A stretch of DNA of 64,000 nt from Eledone cirrhosa (lineage: Eukaryota). The stretch covers positions 191,890,001 through 191,954,000 of the forward strand of contig OZ024742.1 of assembly GCA_964016885.1 (NCBI GenBank). The letters run 5' to 3'. The notes under the pieces are model-generated. The model was not told where the DNA came from, did no database searches, and worked only from the letters and a program-made list of their open reading frames with translations. A program made the translations under genes and the position numbers. Below, piece after piece: positions 13,829 through 28,371 of the stretch (within the stretch, counting starts at the first letter, position 1; each line of letters starts with the position of its first letter).

Positions 13829-14025
13829 AGGTGTGGTGGATTGGCAGTATCGGTACATGGTCCGACGCCATACTTTTCAGCATAGAGTTACAGTCCTTTA
13901 CAGTCTGATTTAAAATCCCGCCGAGGTTAACTTTGCCTTTCATCCTTACGGGGTAGATAAAATAAAGCACCAGTAATGCACTGGGATAATTTCTGGCCTA
14001 GTGCCAAAAGTAGAAACAATTATAA
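13829..14025 (+). mobile_element. tRNA-derived SINE family 1
   Basis: ggtggattggcagtatcgg head; ttaactttgcctttcatccttacgggg body; gtgccaaaagtagaaacaatta tail. Confidence 0.8.
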
Positions 14026-14444
14026 TTTAGGGTTTACTTTGAGGGCTACCCAATCTTGTTCTTGAGAACTCTCCACGAGATAAGAGCATATTTCGTGAAC
14101 TAACGGTTTTTCATTAAATGGTGTCCTTGCACCCGACGAGTGAGGACAATCTCAGATCGGTTCCTTCACTGCAGTGATGGCCACAACTGGATCCCGAAAT
14201 CTAAATCACGCATACATGTTAAGTGTATATATACTAAATAAGCTCTCTTGAATTAGATTGAGCATCACTTTTCGTGGCATTTTATCTACGAATACCCTGA
14301 ATTATATATTAGTGTATTAGTGTGTGAGTGTGTGTTCAACAGACACCAAGGGAATGTACCAGGCTCGAAAAGAATATGCGCTAGGTTCGATATGCTCAAC
14401 TAGGTGGTGTCCCAGCTCGGCAACAGTCTGACTGAAATCACCAA

Positions 14445-14633
14445 AATAATTGTTTCTACTTTTGGCACAAGGACAGAAATTACCCAGTACATTACTGGTA
14501 CTTTATTTTATCAACCCCGTAAGGATGAAAGGCAAAGTTAACGGCGCGATTTGAACTCAGAATGGCAAGGGGCATAACTCTATGCGTCAAAGCATGGTGT
14601 CCGACCCTCTACTTATACTGCCAATCCACCGCC
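14445..14633 (-). mobile_element. tRNA-derived SINE family 1
   Basis: Reverse complement of the 13829 copy. Confidence 0.8.
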
Positions 14634-16829
14634 AAAATAATAAAAACAGTAATCAGTAAGCTAAGATTGGTGAACCAGCAAGTAATAATTTGACCACACC
14701 ACCACCCACTAAATTATACAGTAAGGTGGTTTAGCTAACGAACAACAGGAGAGACGTTCAATGGAACTAAGAATTATATTATATTAGGAATTGATATATT
14801 TATTTATCTATTTATTTAATTTCATATATCATTATATAAAATCTGGAAGCCGCACGTTACCAAGCTATAATAATATTTATCCTGATTACAGGGAACGGCA
14901 TATAATTTTATCTCTTGCAAATAATTAATATCGTTTTGTCCTCCTCTTAAGATAAAGTTTAAATATAATTGTATCGTTTTACTACATCAGTAGTCAATGT
15001 TCATTATTGAAAACATGGTTGCTGTTGTTACTGTTATCATCATCATCATATATTTTTAGCAACGGTGTATCAACAACGATATGTGATATGAGATAGCATC
15101 AGCAACTAGAGAACACAGTATCTCGTGACATCATCGTGTAATATAAGGGATATATGATATATTATACTCGATACATGATGTCTGTTTTGATACGGTTTAT
15201 CGATGTTCTAACCATGTAGTTTAGTAGTTATTTATTTAATTATTATAGTATATGAAAAGCACAGCTTCTGTTAATTAAATTTCTCTTTGCTCACATGATA
15301 TGAAAAAAAATATTGATCCTCCGTCGGTTTAAATTTTGACAATGAGCAAGCCTCATTTATTTGTTCGAGTAACTGAACTAGTTAAATTAACTGTGTAAGT
15401 GACTGAGTATTGTATACACATATGTGTGCTGTACTCTTAGATTAATTCCAAAGCCGAATCAGCATGCAGTAATGTGCGACTAGTAGTGTCTTTGAATTAC
15501 AAATACTTTCGAGTCTCCCCACTCCAGCTTATTAATTTTTTAGATCCCCCGCCACCCAACCCCGTTCTTATTCCAACCACCCACCACGCTTATTGAATTT
15601 TGTTAATATATCTCCAGCGAAATTTTATTTTAAGTGGTAGCATTCCTGCAACAATTAATTTTCTTTATACATTAAAAAACATTATATATGACAAAAAAAA
15701 GTACATTACTAGAAAACCCATAAGTTATAAAATAAATTGAATGGGTTGGGGTCTTAATATCTAAACCAGCGGCTAATTTTGGTTTAAAAAAGAATCAACG
15801 GATACAACCTAGCAAATGTACTAATTTTCCATCACCCTCCTCGCCTTTATTCCAACTGCCTCGCTTATTCCACCCCAGCTCTCTATTATTTAGGACCGGA
15901 GAGTACAAATCATTATGTAATATGATGTATGTGTCTGAAAATCCCCTAGAAACGTAATATGATGTATGTGTCTGAAAATACCCTTAACATAATCATCTGG
16001 TAGAATATGTTTGGTTAGGCTGAACCGGCGAATTAAAGGAACAATCCATTATGTATTATAAGTGGTTGATTATTCCACAAACACGTGTACTTTTAATGTA
16101 TTTCCAAGCCGAATCAGCGTGACTCAGAGTGTCATAAGGCAGGAAAGTTGAATATCTACTCGTAGGACAACCAGGCTTGCATTAAACTATATGTGGCTGA
16201 GAATTCCACAGACGCGTGTCGAACAACGTTTATGTAATTTTGTAACAGTCAGCATGACTGCTTGTCCCGACGCTTGACCTTTAAATTTTAGGTATAATAT
16301 ATCGTGTACTCTAATTATAGTATGTGACAACATATTCCATATGGTACTCTGTCCGATGCAGATTAAATATATATGCTTTTGCTTTGATTACATTTGTAAG
16401 AGTAGCTGTTTAAAACATAAACTAGAAGTTGGCAGGATTTGAACTCAGAGCTTAAAAGATAGTAAGTAAATATCACAAATTATTTCGTCCAACTAAACAT
16501 TAAACTACATCTTTAATTATTTCTTTTTTCGCATTTTTAAAGATCAAAAAGTTAAGTTTGTTTCGAATGGATTTGAACTCACATAACCGAATGACAGAAG
16601 GGTCCCGAAAATGGCCATCAAAATGCACTATACAGTTTGAAAATAAAATGAAGACCATATTAGATATATGTAGTCTAAGACACCCTAAAAGGAAAATAAA
16701 CAGGATAGGTGGTCATGACTGGAATGTCATTCTCTATGTGTCTATTGTTCCATCGATATTTACCTGATGTACAAATATCACACACAAACAATTCGACGCT
16801 CTATCGACTCTTCTAACGCCTATAACACA

Positions 16830-17080
16830 CATGGCGAAATAGTTTAAAAGTTCGATTCAAAATCATGAGGTTCAAGGTTCAATTCCTCTACGTGACATCT
16901 TTGGCAAATATGTTTTCCATACTCTTGATTCAACATAAGCATTGCGAGTGGAATTGTATTTCAGTCTGGAAATTTCGTTAAGTGTACATGTGTCATTGGA
17001 AACCTCAACGCCTTGCACGTTAATTCATTCAACGGATATTTGGTTAAACGAATGTCTAAATGCTCATCGTCGGATCCGAC
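16830..17080 (+). mobile_element. Old tRNA-derived SINE, second family (related copy ~47695-47850)
   Basis: A/B-box-like head tggcgaaatagtttaa..ggttcaattcc; downstream homology to ggttcgac..gtagacggaaactg at 47.7 kb. Confidence 0.45.
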
Positions 17081-18523
17081 GGAATATCAATCATTATCTA
17101 ACAACAATAAAAGAAAGTTAGGAGCCTTCAGTTTAAACTACACAATTAGATTCAGTATAACATTAGAAACGCGTTGGTGTTTAGCCCAAAGACCATTCTG
17201 ATCGAGCAAACCTCTGATCAAAAACGAACTATCTTTCTTTTCTATTTTATTCTTAATTTTTTCAAAGAGAAATCGGGAAATAATAGAATGAAACATATTC
17301 CCCCTCTGAGAATGACTTATTCAAAAACATTCACAGTAGAAATCATTTCGTAGTATTGAGAATCTGACGATTATGCCTCAAATGCCTCAAAACATCAGCC
17401 TACAATATATAATGAGCTTTCTTTTTCTCTACTCTTGAACCTGTAGAATTTCCAATCTATTATTGGTAAAATGTATATTGTGTATGCCTAGCAATCACAA
17501 TATATCCTGAATCTTTATCGTCAAGAAAGCAAGTTTCACTTAACACCATCCATTTGTATATTCCAATGAGAGAAAAGATATTTCTTTTTGACGAGAAACG
17601 AACTCCTATGTTTAACCATTTCATTCCCATATTTTAAACAAAAGACAATCTATGAACGCCAAATATGTCTCAGTATAACTAAATTTCTCATTACAATGTT
17701 GATGTGTAGAAAATACCTTAGAAAATACTTCTTACATATAAGTGTGAATATAGATGTTTAGATAAATATAAACAATTTAACTCTTTCCTTATCGAATACG
17801 TAATGAACGATACTATCTATGATTTTAAATAACGTTTAAGGTAATTACAAATGCAAAGGGATTTTGCAATATAACAAAATGTCTCGCTATTAGGATAATG
17901 TTTAGATTATAAGATGTTCCTAAACAAAATAATAATGAGCGGCTTTAATGCAAAATGAATACTTATAATAAAATATTTTCTTTATACAACCAGGAATGGT
18001 TTCAGACGGTTAGATATCGAAAGGGTTAAAGAGGAGATATAGTATATCTACTCAGCATATAACTTATATTACTGTATATTCGTTTCAGTCATTGGACTGG
18101 AGCCATGCTGGAATATCACATTTAAAATTGTTTAGCTGGTCTTATACATTTTATTAATTATTTTTGCAAGTCTGTTACTTAATTTTTCAATTCCTATTTT
18201 TTTTCAAACCAATAAGAGAGACACAAGCAAAGAGCAGAGGTTGTAAAGCGTTGTAAATTTACATACAGATACAGACTGTTATACACAAATACACGCACAT
18301 ATATACATACATTAGGTTTAAAATGTAGGCCTCCACGTTTCTATGAAAGAAATTTAGGTCGCAGAGCCTTACTTCAAATTTTTATAGTTTTTATATATTT
18401 CATTTTATTTATACATTTCATACCTATATATTTAATTTAAACATTATGTATTCCTTCTTTCTCCAATTCTCACTCTTCCTTTCTCTCTATCTCCATCTAG
18501 ATCTCTTCCAATCCCTCACTTCC

Positions 18524-18567
<44 letters not shown>

Positions 18568-19065
18568 CACACCTATTGCCATACATATTTTTCTATCTCA
18601 CATTCTCTGTTTTCCCTCATTTATTTCCCTCCCACTCACACACACTTATTTTAATTTATTTTTTCTGATGCCACCTTCCCCCTTTTTTGTTACATTGATT
18701 TTACGCATTCATTTTATTTCTGCCAAATAGCATTTGGTATTTAAATATTCTTCGTTTCGCCAGTATTTTTCGTCTCCCTATTTATGTATCCTTCGCTTCC
18801 AGCAATCTCAATTGATGATGATTTTCACATCGTGAAAGAAAAATTTCTTGTTTCGTGGTAGCGCGAGATTGCAATTCACTTTTGTTGTACATTTTTTACG
18901 TCTCAATTTTCATTCAGATTCTTCTTAGTATCCTTCCTCTTATTTTTCTCTTTTCCTTCCTTTCAATCATCTTTCATTTCTTTATTTTATTCGGTTCTCG
19001 CATGCAATCTTATAAAAGGACATTCCAATATACACCGTCAAATGCATATATAGATACTTGCATAT

Positions 19066-19147
<82 letters not shown>

Positions 19148-19197
19148 TTATGTATATATGTATATGTATATATAGATATACATATATATGTACGTGT

Positions 19198-19259
<62 letters not shown>

Positions 19260-19525
19260 AATTAATATATCTACCGACATATGTATACAGATGCATACCT
19301 ATGCCAGCAAATATATATGTTTTGTCTTAGTAACTGTGTGGTTCTATGCAGGGGGATGCAGAACAATTATATGAAAGACGTAAATAAGAAAGTTATGAAA
19401 ATTGACTTACTTATATATATACATATATAAATGAAGTAATTCGGTCGGAAAGGTCCAGGAAAAAAGAGTGCTCTATGTAGGTTACAGAGCTTATTAGTTA
19501 TGTAATAAACAACATAAGATAATTA

Positions 19526-19586
19526 TTTTATTTACCAGTGGTTTCTTAAAAGCAAACAAAATTTGGTTTCAGTCATCAGAATGAAA
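19526..19586 (-). ncRNA. Type I hammerhead ribozyme in PLE-C pLTR
   Basis: tttcatt CTGATGA ctgaaaccaaat-ttt-gtttgcttttaa GAAA cca-c-tgg TA aataaaa (GUA triplet). Confidence 0.7.
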
Positions 19587-19704
19587 AAATCCTGGTGTAA
19601 TTACTGACAATGGATTTTAAAAACAAAAATATAATCTATATGAAAGAGAGGCTGGAAAAGGAAGAAGGAAAGGAAAATAAATAAATATAAAAGTAGATAA
19701 ACAC

Positions 19705-19809
<105 letters not shown>

Positions 19810-19845
19810 CACACATATATACACACACATATATATATATATATA

Positions 19846-20870
19846 AATGTAAATTGAGCGAGAATCGTATTTCGGCTGGTAGAAAAAGCGGAACGAAATG
19901 CAAAATCGTAGAAATGCTGGCAAGCGTTCCAATAGTTAAGAAAACTAGAGCTAAACAATAAGTTAAAACGTCATACATACAAACTAAAAAAGTGGTTAAG
20001 AAGGCATTAACCACCTAAGACAAACAACAAATCAAGCTGAACAGGTCAAACAAAATAAATGATATAAACCGACCTGGACCCAAATGGAATTGATGGTAAA
20101 ATCCAAATGCAGGGTTTCTAAGACACCTAAATCAATAATACTGTCTGCTTAATACTATAAGCTTTCAGCATAAAGATCGAACAAGGAATATCACGTTATC
20201 AACAGGTAATTTTGCTCTGTAACCAACTTTGTGAGTGACGCAGAACTTTGTAAAAGCACATGCGTAAGTCTCAAGGGGAAATTCCCCATATTTTGGCAAA
20301 GGAATTCAGTATGTGTATATCATACAAAAAATTGCATAGATAGCACAAATCGAATAAGCACTCAACCGGGTAGTTTTTAAAATAAACTTATGCAATTAAT
20401 CTGTCAATAGAATTATTAACAGGTTAATTGTAAGACTCGGGAGATTAATACAAATGTAAATTCAGCGAGAATCGTATTTCGATTGGTAGAAAAAGCGAAA
20501 CGAAACGCAAAATCGTAGAAATGCTGGCAAGCGCTCCAATAGTTAAGAAAACTAGAGCTAAACAATATGTTAAAACGTCATACAAACTGAAAAAGTGGTT
20601 AAGAAGGCATTAACCACCTAAGCCAAACAACAAATCAAGCTGAACAGGTCAAACAAAATAAATGATAAAAACCGACCTGGACCCAAATGGAATTGATGGT
20701 AAAATACAAATGCAGGGTTTCTATGACACCTAAATCAATAATACTGTCCGCTTAAAACTATAAGCTTACAGCTTAAAGATCGAACAAGGAATATCACGTT
20801 ATCAACAGGTAATTTTGCTCTGTAACCAACTTTGCGAGTGATGCAGTACTTTGTAAAAGCATATGCGAAG
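19846..20870. repeat. Tandem duplication, period ~605 bp (19846-20265 vs 20452-20870), inside the PLE-C inverted arm
   Basis: aaatgtaaatt.agcgagaatcgtatttcg...ctttgtaaaagca.atgcg occurs twice. Confidence 0.9.
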
Positions 20871-20889
20871 TCACATATATGTATGATTA

Positions 20890-20954
<65 letters not shown>

Positions 20955-20963
20955 CTGTCTGTT

Positions 20964-20997
<34 letters not shown>

Positions 20998-21359
20998 TGT
21001 GTATTTATCTGTATGTGTATGTATGGATATATATATATATGTATATCCATACATACACGTACACATAAATACACAAACACACACACATACATACACACAT
21101 ATATACACGCATACATACGCACACACACACACTTAATTATAAGAAAAAATAAAAAACAATGAACAACCATATAATGCAATAGGCCGTCACATAAAAATAA
21201 AAAGTATACGACTTAAGAAAATAAAAATTATTATAAAGTTGACAGCGATACAGGAAAGGACACACATAAATAAACAAACACACATGGTAAGCAATACACA
21301 CATTTACACATACACATACGTACATATGAATATATACATACACACACACATACACGCAC

Positions 21360-21516
<157 letters not shown>

Positions 21517-22259
21517 AAAATACATAAATATTATATATAAAAATAAAAAGGTGGGAATAAATAGTCGGGAATACGACAAATAATAAATAAATAGATAAAG
21601 GTATAAATGTTTATAGCTGATTTAGAGCACTCAACAAGTTCCTGCAGCAAATAATCAATGAAAATAAACATTAAATCACTCTACATGTAATTATGCATAT
21701 ACATACACATATATACACACACACAGAGACACACACACACACAACCATAGAAATACATATATATATACATATAGGAAAAAGTATGACCCCGACGGCAGAG
21801 CTGAAGCCGTTTCGACAGCTATTATATATATATATATATAAATACACATACACACACACACGCACTAATATACACACACACATATATAAAAAAAGTTACG
21901 TCACCACCTTAATAAAAATACCCACACACACATACATATATATACACATACATATACATACATATATATATAATTATATACACATATATATATAAATATG
22001 TACACATATACACATCACATACATACACACAGAAATAAATATCTATGAATAAAAAAGGTGGGTATTTAAAGGGTAAGGTAGAAAGTAGGGGGGATAAGGA
22101 AAATAAATAACATCAGAAAAAGTTTCAATATAAGGGGAGATAAGGAAGGAAAAGAATATAAGGGTACATAAAGTGAGTTCAGAGAGTAATAAAAATCGTT
22201 GTGGATGTAAGGCGTAAAGAGCAGAGAAGTTCAAGGTGGTTGAGTCATCGTAGGAATGT

Positions 22260-23060
22260 CAATCCAGTTACAGAGCAGATGTGATTTCAGGTGAGGACAA
22301 CATCTGAAGATCTCTGTCTTGGAGTTCAGGCAAGTTGAACTGGCTTTCAAGTTTTGTAGAATTCTAAATTTTTCAGTGGTACACAAAGAACAATTCTTTG
22401 TGCCCATTTGGTATACCTAAAATAGACCAATCGATAGAGTACAGGATGTTTTTATCTTTGAATTCCCACACCTTATTTGCGAGAGCCGTTGCTGTTCTTT
22501 TATCAGAGTGTTTAAAAGACATGTGCATACAACCTGGTTTTGAACCTGTCCTGAGTCATGCCAACATATCGTTCACTCCTGGCTGGCTGGTTGTTAGACA
22601 AAGGTGTCACTTTGGCCTCATATACAACGGATTTGGTATTACATTTGACCTGTAATGGGCATTCATCCGGCTTCCTGCAACTGCAACCTGGATTTATTCT
22701 CGTACGATTAGAATTGATGATTTTAGACTTCATTGATTGGTAGCAAGAGTAACTGATTTTAACTACATTTCTATTAAATATCTTATAATATCTATGATTA
22801 GGGGGAAAATGTTTGTCTAAGACGTCAAGGAATTTCCTTCCTACATTAGTTTTGACAGTTAGAGAGAAGGGGTGTAATCCATATAATGTTCCTTTTCCTA
22901 TTATTGAGATTAGTTTTAGGGGGAACAGTAGGTAAATATTTAATGTGTTCTGTAAAGCCGCTGTTATTAAGGGCTTTATATAAAGGGCGGCTTTGTTAAA
23001 AATGTCTAGAGACGAAGATAAGGAAGAAATCCTACGGCTAATATTGGGAATAAGATTTTT
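22260..23060 (-). pseudogene. Inverted copy of PLE-C RT thumb and GIY-YIG
   Basis: GCSCRKPDECPLQVKCNTKSVVYEAKV..RYVGMTQDRFKTRLYAH; ISRRISSLSSSLDIFNKAA. Confidence 0.88.
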
Positions 23061-23133
23061 TTTCCAGCCTTACTTTCATATAGATTATATTTTTGTTTTT
23101 AAAATCCAATGTCAATAAATACACCAGAATTTT

Positions 23134-23194
23134 TTTCATTCTGATGACTGAAAGTAAATTTTGTTTGCCTCCATGAAACCACTGGCAAATGAAA
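23134..23194 (+). ncRNA. Hammerhead ribozyme ~215 nt upstream of the PLE-C start codon; cleavage-site U mutated to C
   Basis: tttcatt CTGATGA ctgaaagtaaattttgtttgcctccat GAAA ccactgg CA aatgaaa; helix I tttcatt/aatgaaa is perfect. Confidence 0.65.
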
Positions 23195-23407
23195 TAATTA
23201 TCTTATGTTGTTTATTACATAGCTAATAAGCTCTGTAACCTACATAGAGCACTCTTTTTTCCTGGACCTTTCCGACGGAATTACTTCATTTATACAGCTC
23301 CAACCGGGATTGATTGAAGCATATTCTATATTACATATATGATTGGCACTTTCCAGCCCGATTAGTTGAGCACTCTACAGTTTTCAGGAATTTAACCAAC
23401 ATACACC

Positions 23408-25438
23408 ATGGACCTTTATGAATTGGATTATTCAATCAAAAATATACCTACTCATTCCAACACAACTTATACCAAACTGCTTATAGATAACATCGAACAA
23501 GTCCTTAAAAGAATGAGATGGTAGGCAATGGTTTACGATGGACTATTCAGTGCTGATACAAATGATTGTTTTGACATAAAATCCCGTAAATACCCACCTA
23601 GAATTAAACACATGGCCCACTTCGAATTAGACGTTATTAATTTAATTAGTGATATCAAATTTCGTAATTACAATAATAATTTTCAAACTAAACTGTCTAA
23701 CGATATTTCTAATTTTAAAAATTCTACAAACACTTTTGTTCTTTCCGATAAAACTAAAATTCTCTTTGAAGTTAATAGTATTTTGTATAACCAACTTTTA
23801 ACTAATAGTATCAACAACAAATATCAATTAGCTAACAATAACACCTAAAATACTATTAATAAAGAAGCTAAAGAACTAGCTAGTTCTTTAAGAATAGACA
23901 ACCGGATTGAAAGCCTGGCTAAACGTAAAGAATATATTACCCTTAAAGACCATAAATTAGACTTTACTAATCGACCTAGCTGTAGACTGATTAACCCGGC
24001 TAAATCCGAAGTTGGCCTTGCAAGTAAAAAAATCTTAAGAAAAATAATTCTCCAAATTAGAACTAAGACTAACTTATTACAATGCTTAAATACATCCTTT
24101 GTTATTTCTTGGTTTAATAATATACAAGGTAAAAATAAGTGTAGATTTACCCAATTTGTTATTGTTGATTTTTACCCCTCTATTACTGTTTCCTTATTAT
24201 TCCTTACTGTTTCCTCTATTACTGTTTCCTTAGATTTTGCAAGATCCTTCATTGATATTTCCAAATTAGAAAAAGACATTATCTTTCATGCTAGAAAAAC
24301 TTTACTCTTTACTAATGAAAATATTTGGGTTAAAAAGTCAAACCCTGAAAACTCTTTTGATGTTGCAAGGGTTCATATGACAGTTCGGATGTGTGTGACT
24401 TAGGATTATTCCTTCTCCACATCCTTAAAGATAAATTTCCTTCCCATAATATCGGTTTATACCGTGTCGACGGATTGGCAGTTTCTCATACCACCAACGG
24501 CTATAACCTTGATAAATTCCGTAAAGATTTAATCAATACTTTTGCTAACCTAAACCTTAAAATTACTATAGATACGAACCTTACCAATGCTAACTTTCTT
24601 GACATTAATCTTGATCTACTTACTGACTCTTTTAAACCTTATCATAAACCTAACGAAAATCTAAGATATATACACAAAGAGTCTTGGCATCCCCCTATAG
24701 TTTTTAAAAATCTTATTCCCATTATTAGCCGTAGGATTTACCTACTCCTCCCCCTAACCCTAATCACAATAATAGGAAAAGGAAAATTATTTAGTTTAAA
24801 CCCCCTTCTCTCTAACTGTCAAAACTAATGTAAGAAGAAAATTTCTTGACCTCTTAGACAAACATTTCCCCCCTTATCATGGATATTATAAGATATTTAA
24901 TAGAAATGTAGTTAAAATCAGTTACTCTTGCTGCCCATCAATGTATTCTTAAATCACCAATTCTAATCGTACGAGAATAAATCAAGGATGCAGTTGCAGG
25001 AAATCGATGAATGCCCATTACAGGGTAAATGTAATACCAAATCCGTTGTATATGAGGCCAAAGTGACACCTTTGATTAACAACCAGCCAGCCAGGAGTGA
25101 ACGATATGTTGGCATGACTCAGGACAGGTTCAAAACCAGGTTGTATGCACATGTCTTTTAAACACTCTGATAAAAGAACAGCAACGGCTCTCGCAAATAA
25201 GGTGTGGGAATTCAAAGATAAAAACATCCCGTACTCTATCGATTGTTCTATTTTAGACCATTCGAGGGTATACCAAAGTGGCACAAAGAATTGTTCTTTG
25301 TGTACCACTGAACAATTTAGAATTCTACAAAACTTGAAAGCCAGTTCAACTTGCCTCAACTCCAAGATCGAGATCTTCAGATGTTGTACTCACCTGAAAT
25401 CACATTGCTCTGTAACTGGATTGACATTCCTACGATGA
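23408..25438 (+). pseudogene. Near full-length but disabled PLE ORF (N-terminus, RT, GIY-YIG), Naiad-like architecture
   Basis: MDLYELDYSIKNIP..KRMRW*; YITLKDHK..PSCRLINPAKSEVG; DFYPSIT; GLYRVDGL (YRDD mutated); NFLDINLDL; CSLCTTE; several stops and frameshifts. Confidence 0.9.
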
Positions 25439-26238
25439 CACAACCACCTTGAGTTTCTTCTCTACTCTTTACGCCTTACATCCACAACGATTTTTATTAC
25501 TCTCTGAACTCACTTTCTGTGCCACTATATTCTTTTTCTCCCTTATCTCCCCTTATATATAAACTTTTTCCTGTGTTATTTATATTCCTTATTCCCTCCT
25601 ACTTTCTACCTTACCCTTTACATACCCACCTTTTTTATTTATAGATATATATTTCTGTGTGCATGTATGTGTTGTGTATATGTGTATATATGTATATATA
25701 TATGTATATATATATATGTGTATATAATTATATATATCTGTATGTATATGTATGTGTATTTATATATATATATGTGTGTGTGTATTTTTATTGTGGTGGT
25801 GACGTAAATTTTTGTATATATGTGTGTATATTAGTGTTTGTGTGTGTAGATGTATATATTTATATATATATATATTTATATTAGCCGTCGAAACGGCTTG
25901 AGCTCTGCCATCGGGGTCATACTTTTTCCTATATATATATATATATGTATGTATATATATATGTGTGTGTGTATTTGTATGGTTGTATGTGTGTGTGTAT
26001 ATATATATATATATGTGTATGTATATGCATAATTACATACACAGTGATTTAATGTTTATCTTCATTGATTATTGGCTCTAGGACTTGTTGAGTGCTCTAA
26101 AGCAGCTATAAACATTTATACCTTTAGCTATTTATGTTTATGTATTTATTATTTGTCGTATTCCCAACTATTTGTTTACCCCTTCCACCTTTTTATTTTT
26201 ATATATATATATATAATATTTATGTATTTTCTTATATA

Positions 26239-26353
<115 letters not shown>

Positions 26354-26710
26354 GTGCGTGTATGTGTGTGTGTATGTATATATTCATATGTACGTATGTG
26401 TATGTGTAAATGTGTGTATTGCTTACCATGTGTGTTTGTTTATTTATGTGTGTCCTTTCCTGCATCGCTGTCAACTTTATAATAATTTTTATTTTCTTAA
26501 GTCGTATACTTTTTATTTTTATGTGACGGCCTATTGCATTATATGGTTGTTCATTGTTTTTTTTTTTTTTTATAATTACTTGAGTGTGTGCGTATGTATG
26601 CGTGTATATATGTGTGTATGTATGTGTGTGTATTCACGTGTGTATATATATGCATATATATGGATAATATATGTGTATATATATGTATATATATATGTAT
26701 ATATGTATAT

Positions 26711-26785
<75 letters not shown>

Positions 26786-26862
26786 TGCGTATAAATATGT
26801 ATATATCTATATATCTATATATCTGTATATGCATATATATATAGATATATACATATACACAA

Positions 26863-26897
<35 letters not shown>

Positions 26898-27879
26898 ATG
26901 CCTGTGTGTGAGTGATATCTTTGTTTACTTGTTAATATGTGAATGTGTGTGTGTGGATTTAATATTGACAGGTGCAAGAACCTACTTGCTAAGAACGAAG
27001 ATCAGAAGATATCTTCTACCACCATTATTGCAAGATTTTATGGATGACATCAGCATAGAAATGGAAAGAAAGATAGGACCAAAATTAACCTTGTCCGGGT
27101 GTATGAACTATTCCAGCAATGTCGAAAACACCAAATAAATGTTATTGTCAACCCATAATACTATGGATGTTTGAGGTATTTCTTTTTGAAACTGGTGGAA
27201 AGGAATGATCCCAGAGCAGGTCATTAGGGGCCTTGGTGTTATATATGCAGTCACCTTAAATATTGCCGAGAGGATGTTGATATGGAATCCACTTTGTGAC
27301 GGACTAACTGTCATTGACAGCTGCGGTTTGCCAGAGACGCTGAATGTATGTATCTTATGACCACAAAAACTACATGGTTTGTCACTGAGAATATACTGGA
27401 TGAAAATGTGTACAAACAAGTAACTATGAAAGTTCTTTGCTGTCTTGTCATTCTTCATGGGAATGGAGCTGAGATAGTGTTACCGCAAATTTCTAGCTGC
27501 TATTTAACAACTATGTTTCCAGTATATGGTGAAGAAATTCTCATTACTATTGTAATGGTCGTCCATCACAATAATAATGACATGATGCGAAACACAGATA
27601 TTTTAGCTATTCAGCCATTTTGTATTCTCTTTACACAAACAACACAAGGATTTTAATATAATGTACAGCTGTACAAATTTGAGTAGAAATATGAACAAAT
27701 GTTTTCCATCCATGACCATCCTATTGTATTCCCAGATACAGTGTAAACAAAGGTACATTATCCAATGTATCTTCCTATTTTCTACAGTATTATTTCAATA
27801 TTCTGGTGCAATATTACAGTTACACGTTTTTTTTCATACAGTTACCATAGAAGAACAGTATGCATACATACTGTATATA

Positions 27880-27939
<60 letters not shown>

Positions 27940-28371
27940 CATATATATATATATGCATACACAGTTCAAGAGTAAACCAATCTTAAATAGACAGATGGAG
28001 ATAGGAGAGGAGAGATTGGTGTATATATATACATATATCAATATATTAAATATATATATAGATATATAGAGATATAGAGTGAGGGGCGGGGCGGAGAGGG
28101 TATAAACCCATATAAACACATTTCTAGTTGATTGTTACAGATGGAAAGGAATGGGCAGACTAACTTTGGTTTAATGTTAAAAGAACCACATGGTACACGG
28201 CAGGTGTTAGGTGTCTACTGAACAGCGAAATGGACTGCATACAGGAAAAAGGTGAAATTAGGAGTCAGCGAAACTGGTCAAAGATGGAACTAGCGGTTTC
28301 TGAGGACCCTGGCACAGATAGAGAGAAAGAGAAAAGAAATTGAGAAGGCGTATGTCCTCATAGCGCCAAAT

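Noticed and set aside
15503-15905. Possible TIR element (tactttcgagtc...ggaccggagagta)
   Set aside because: Terminal match too degenerate to call
26908-27975. Cluster of short non-repetitive ORFs as possible host exons
   Set aside because: No recognisable domain or consistent splice pattern; cannot be supported without a homology search
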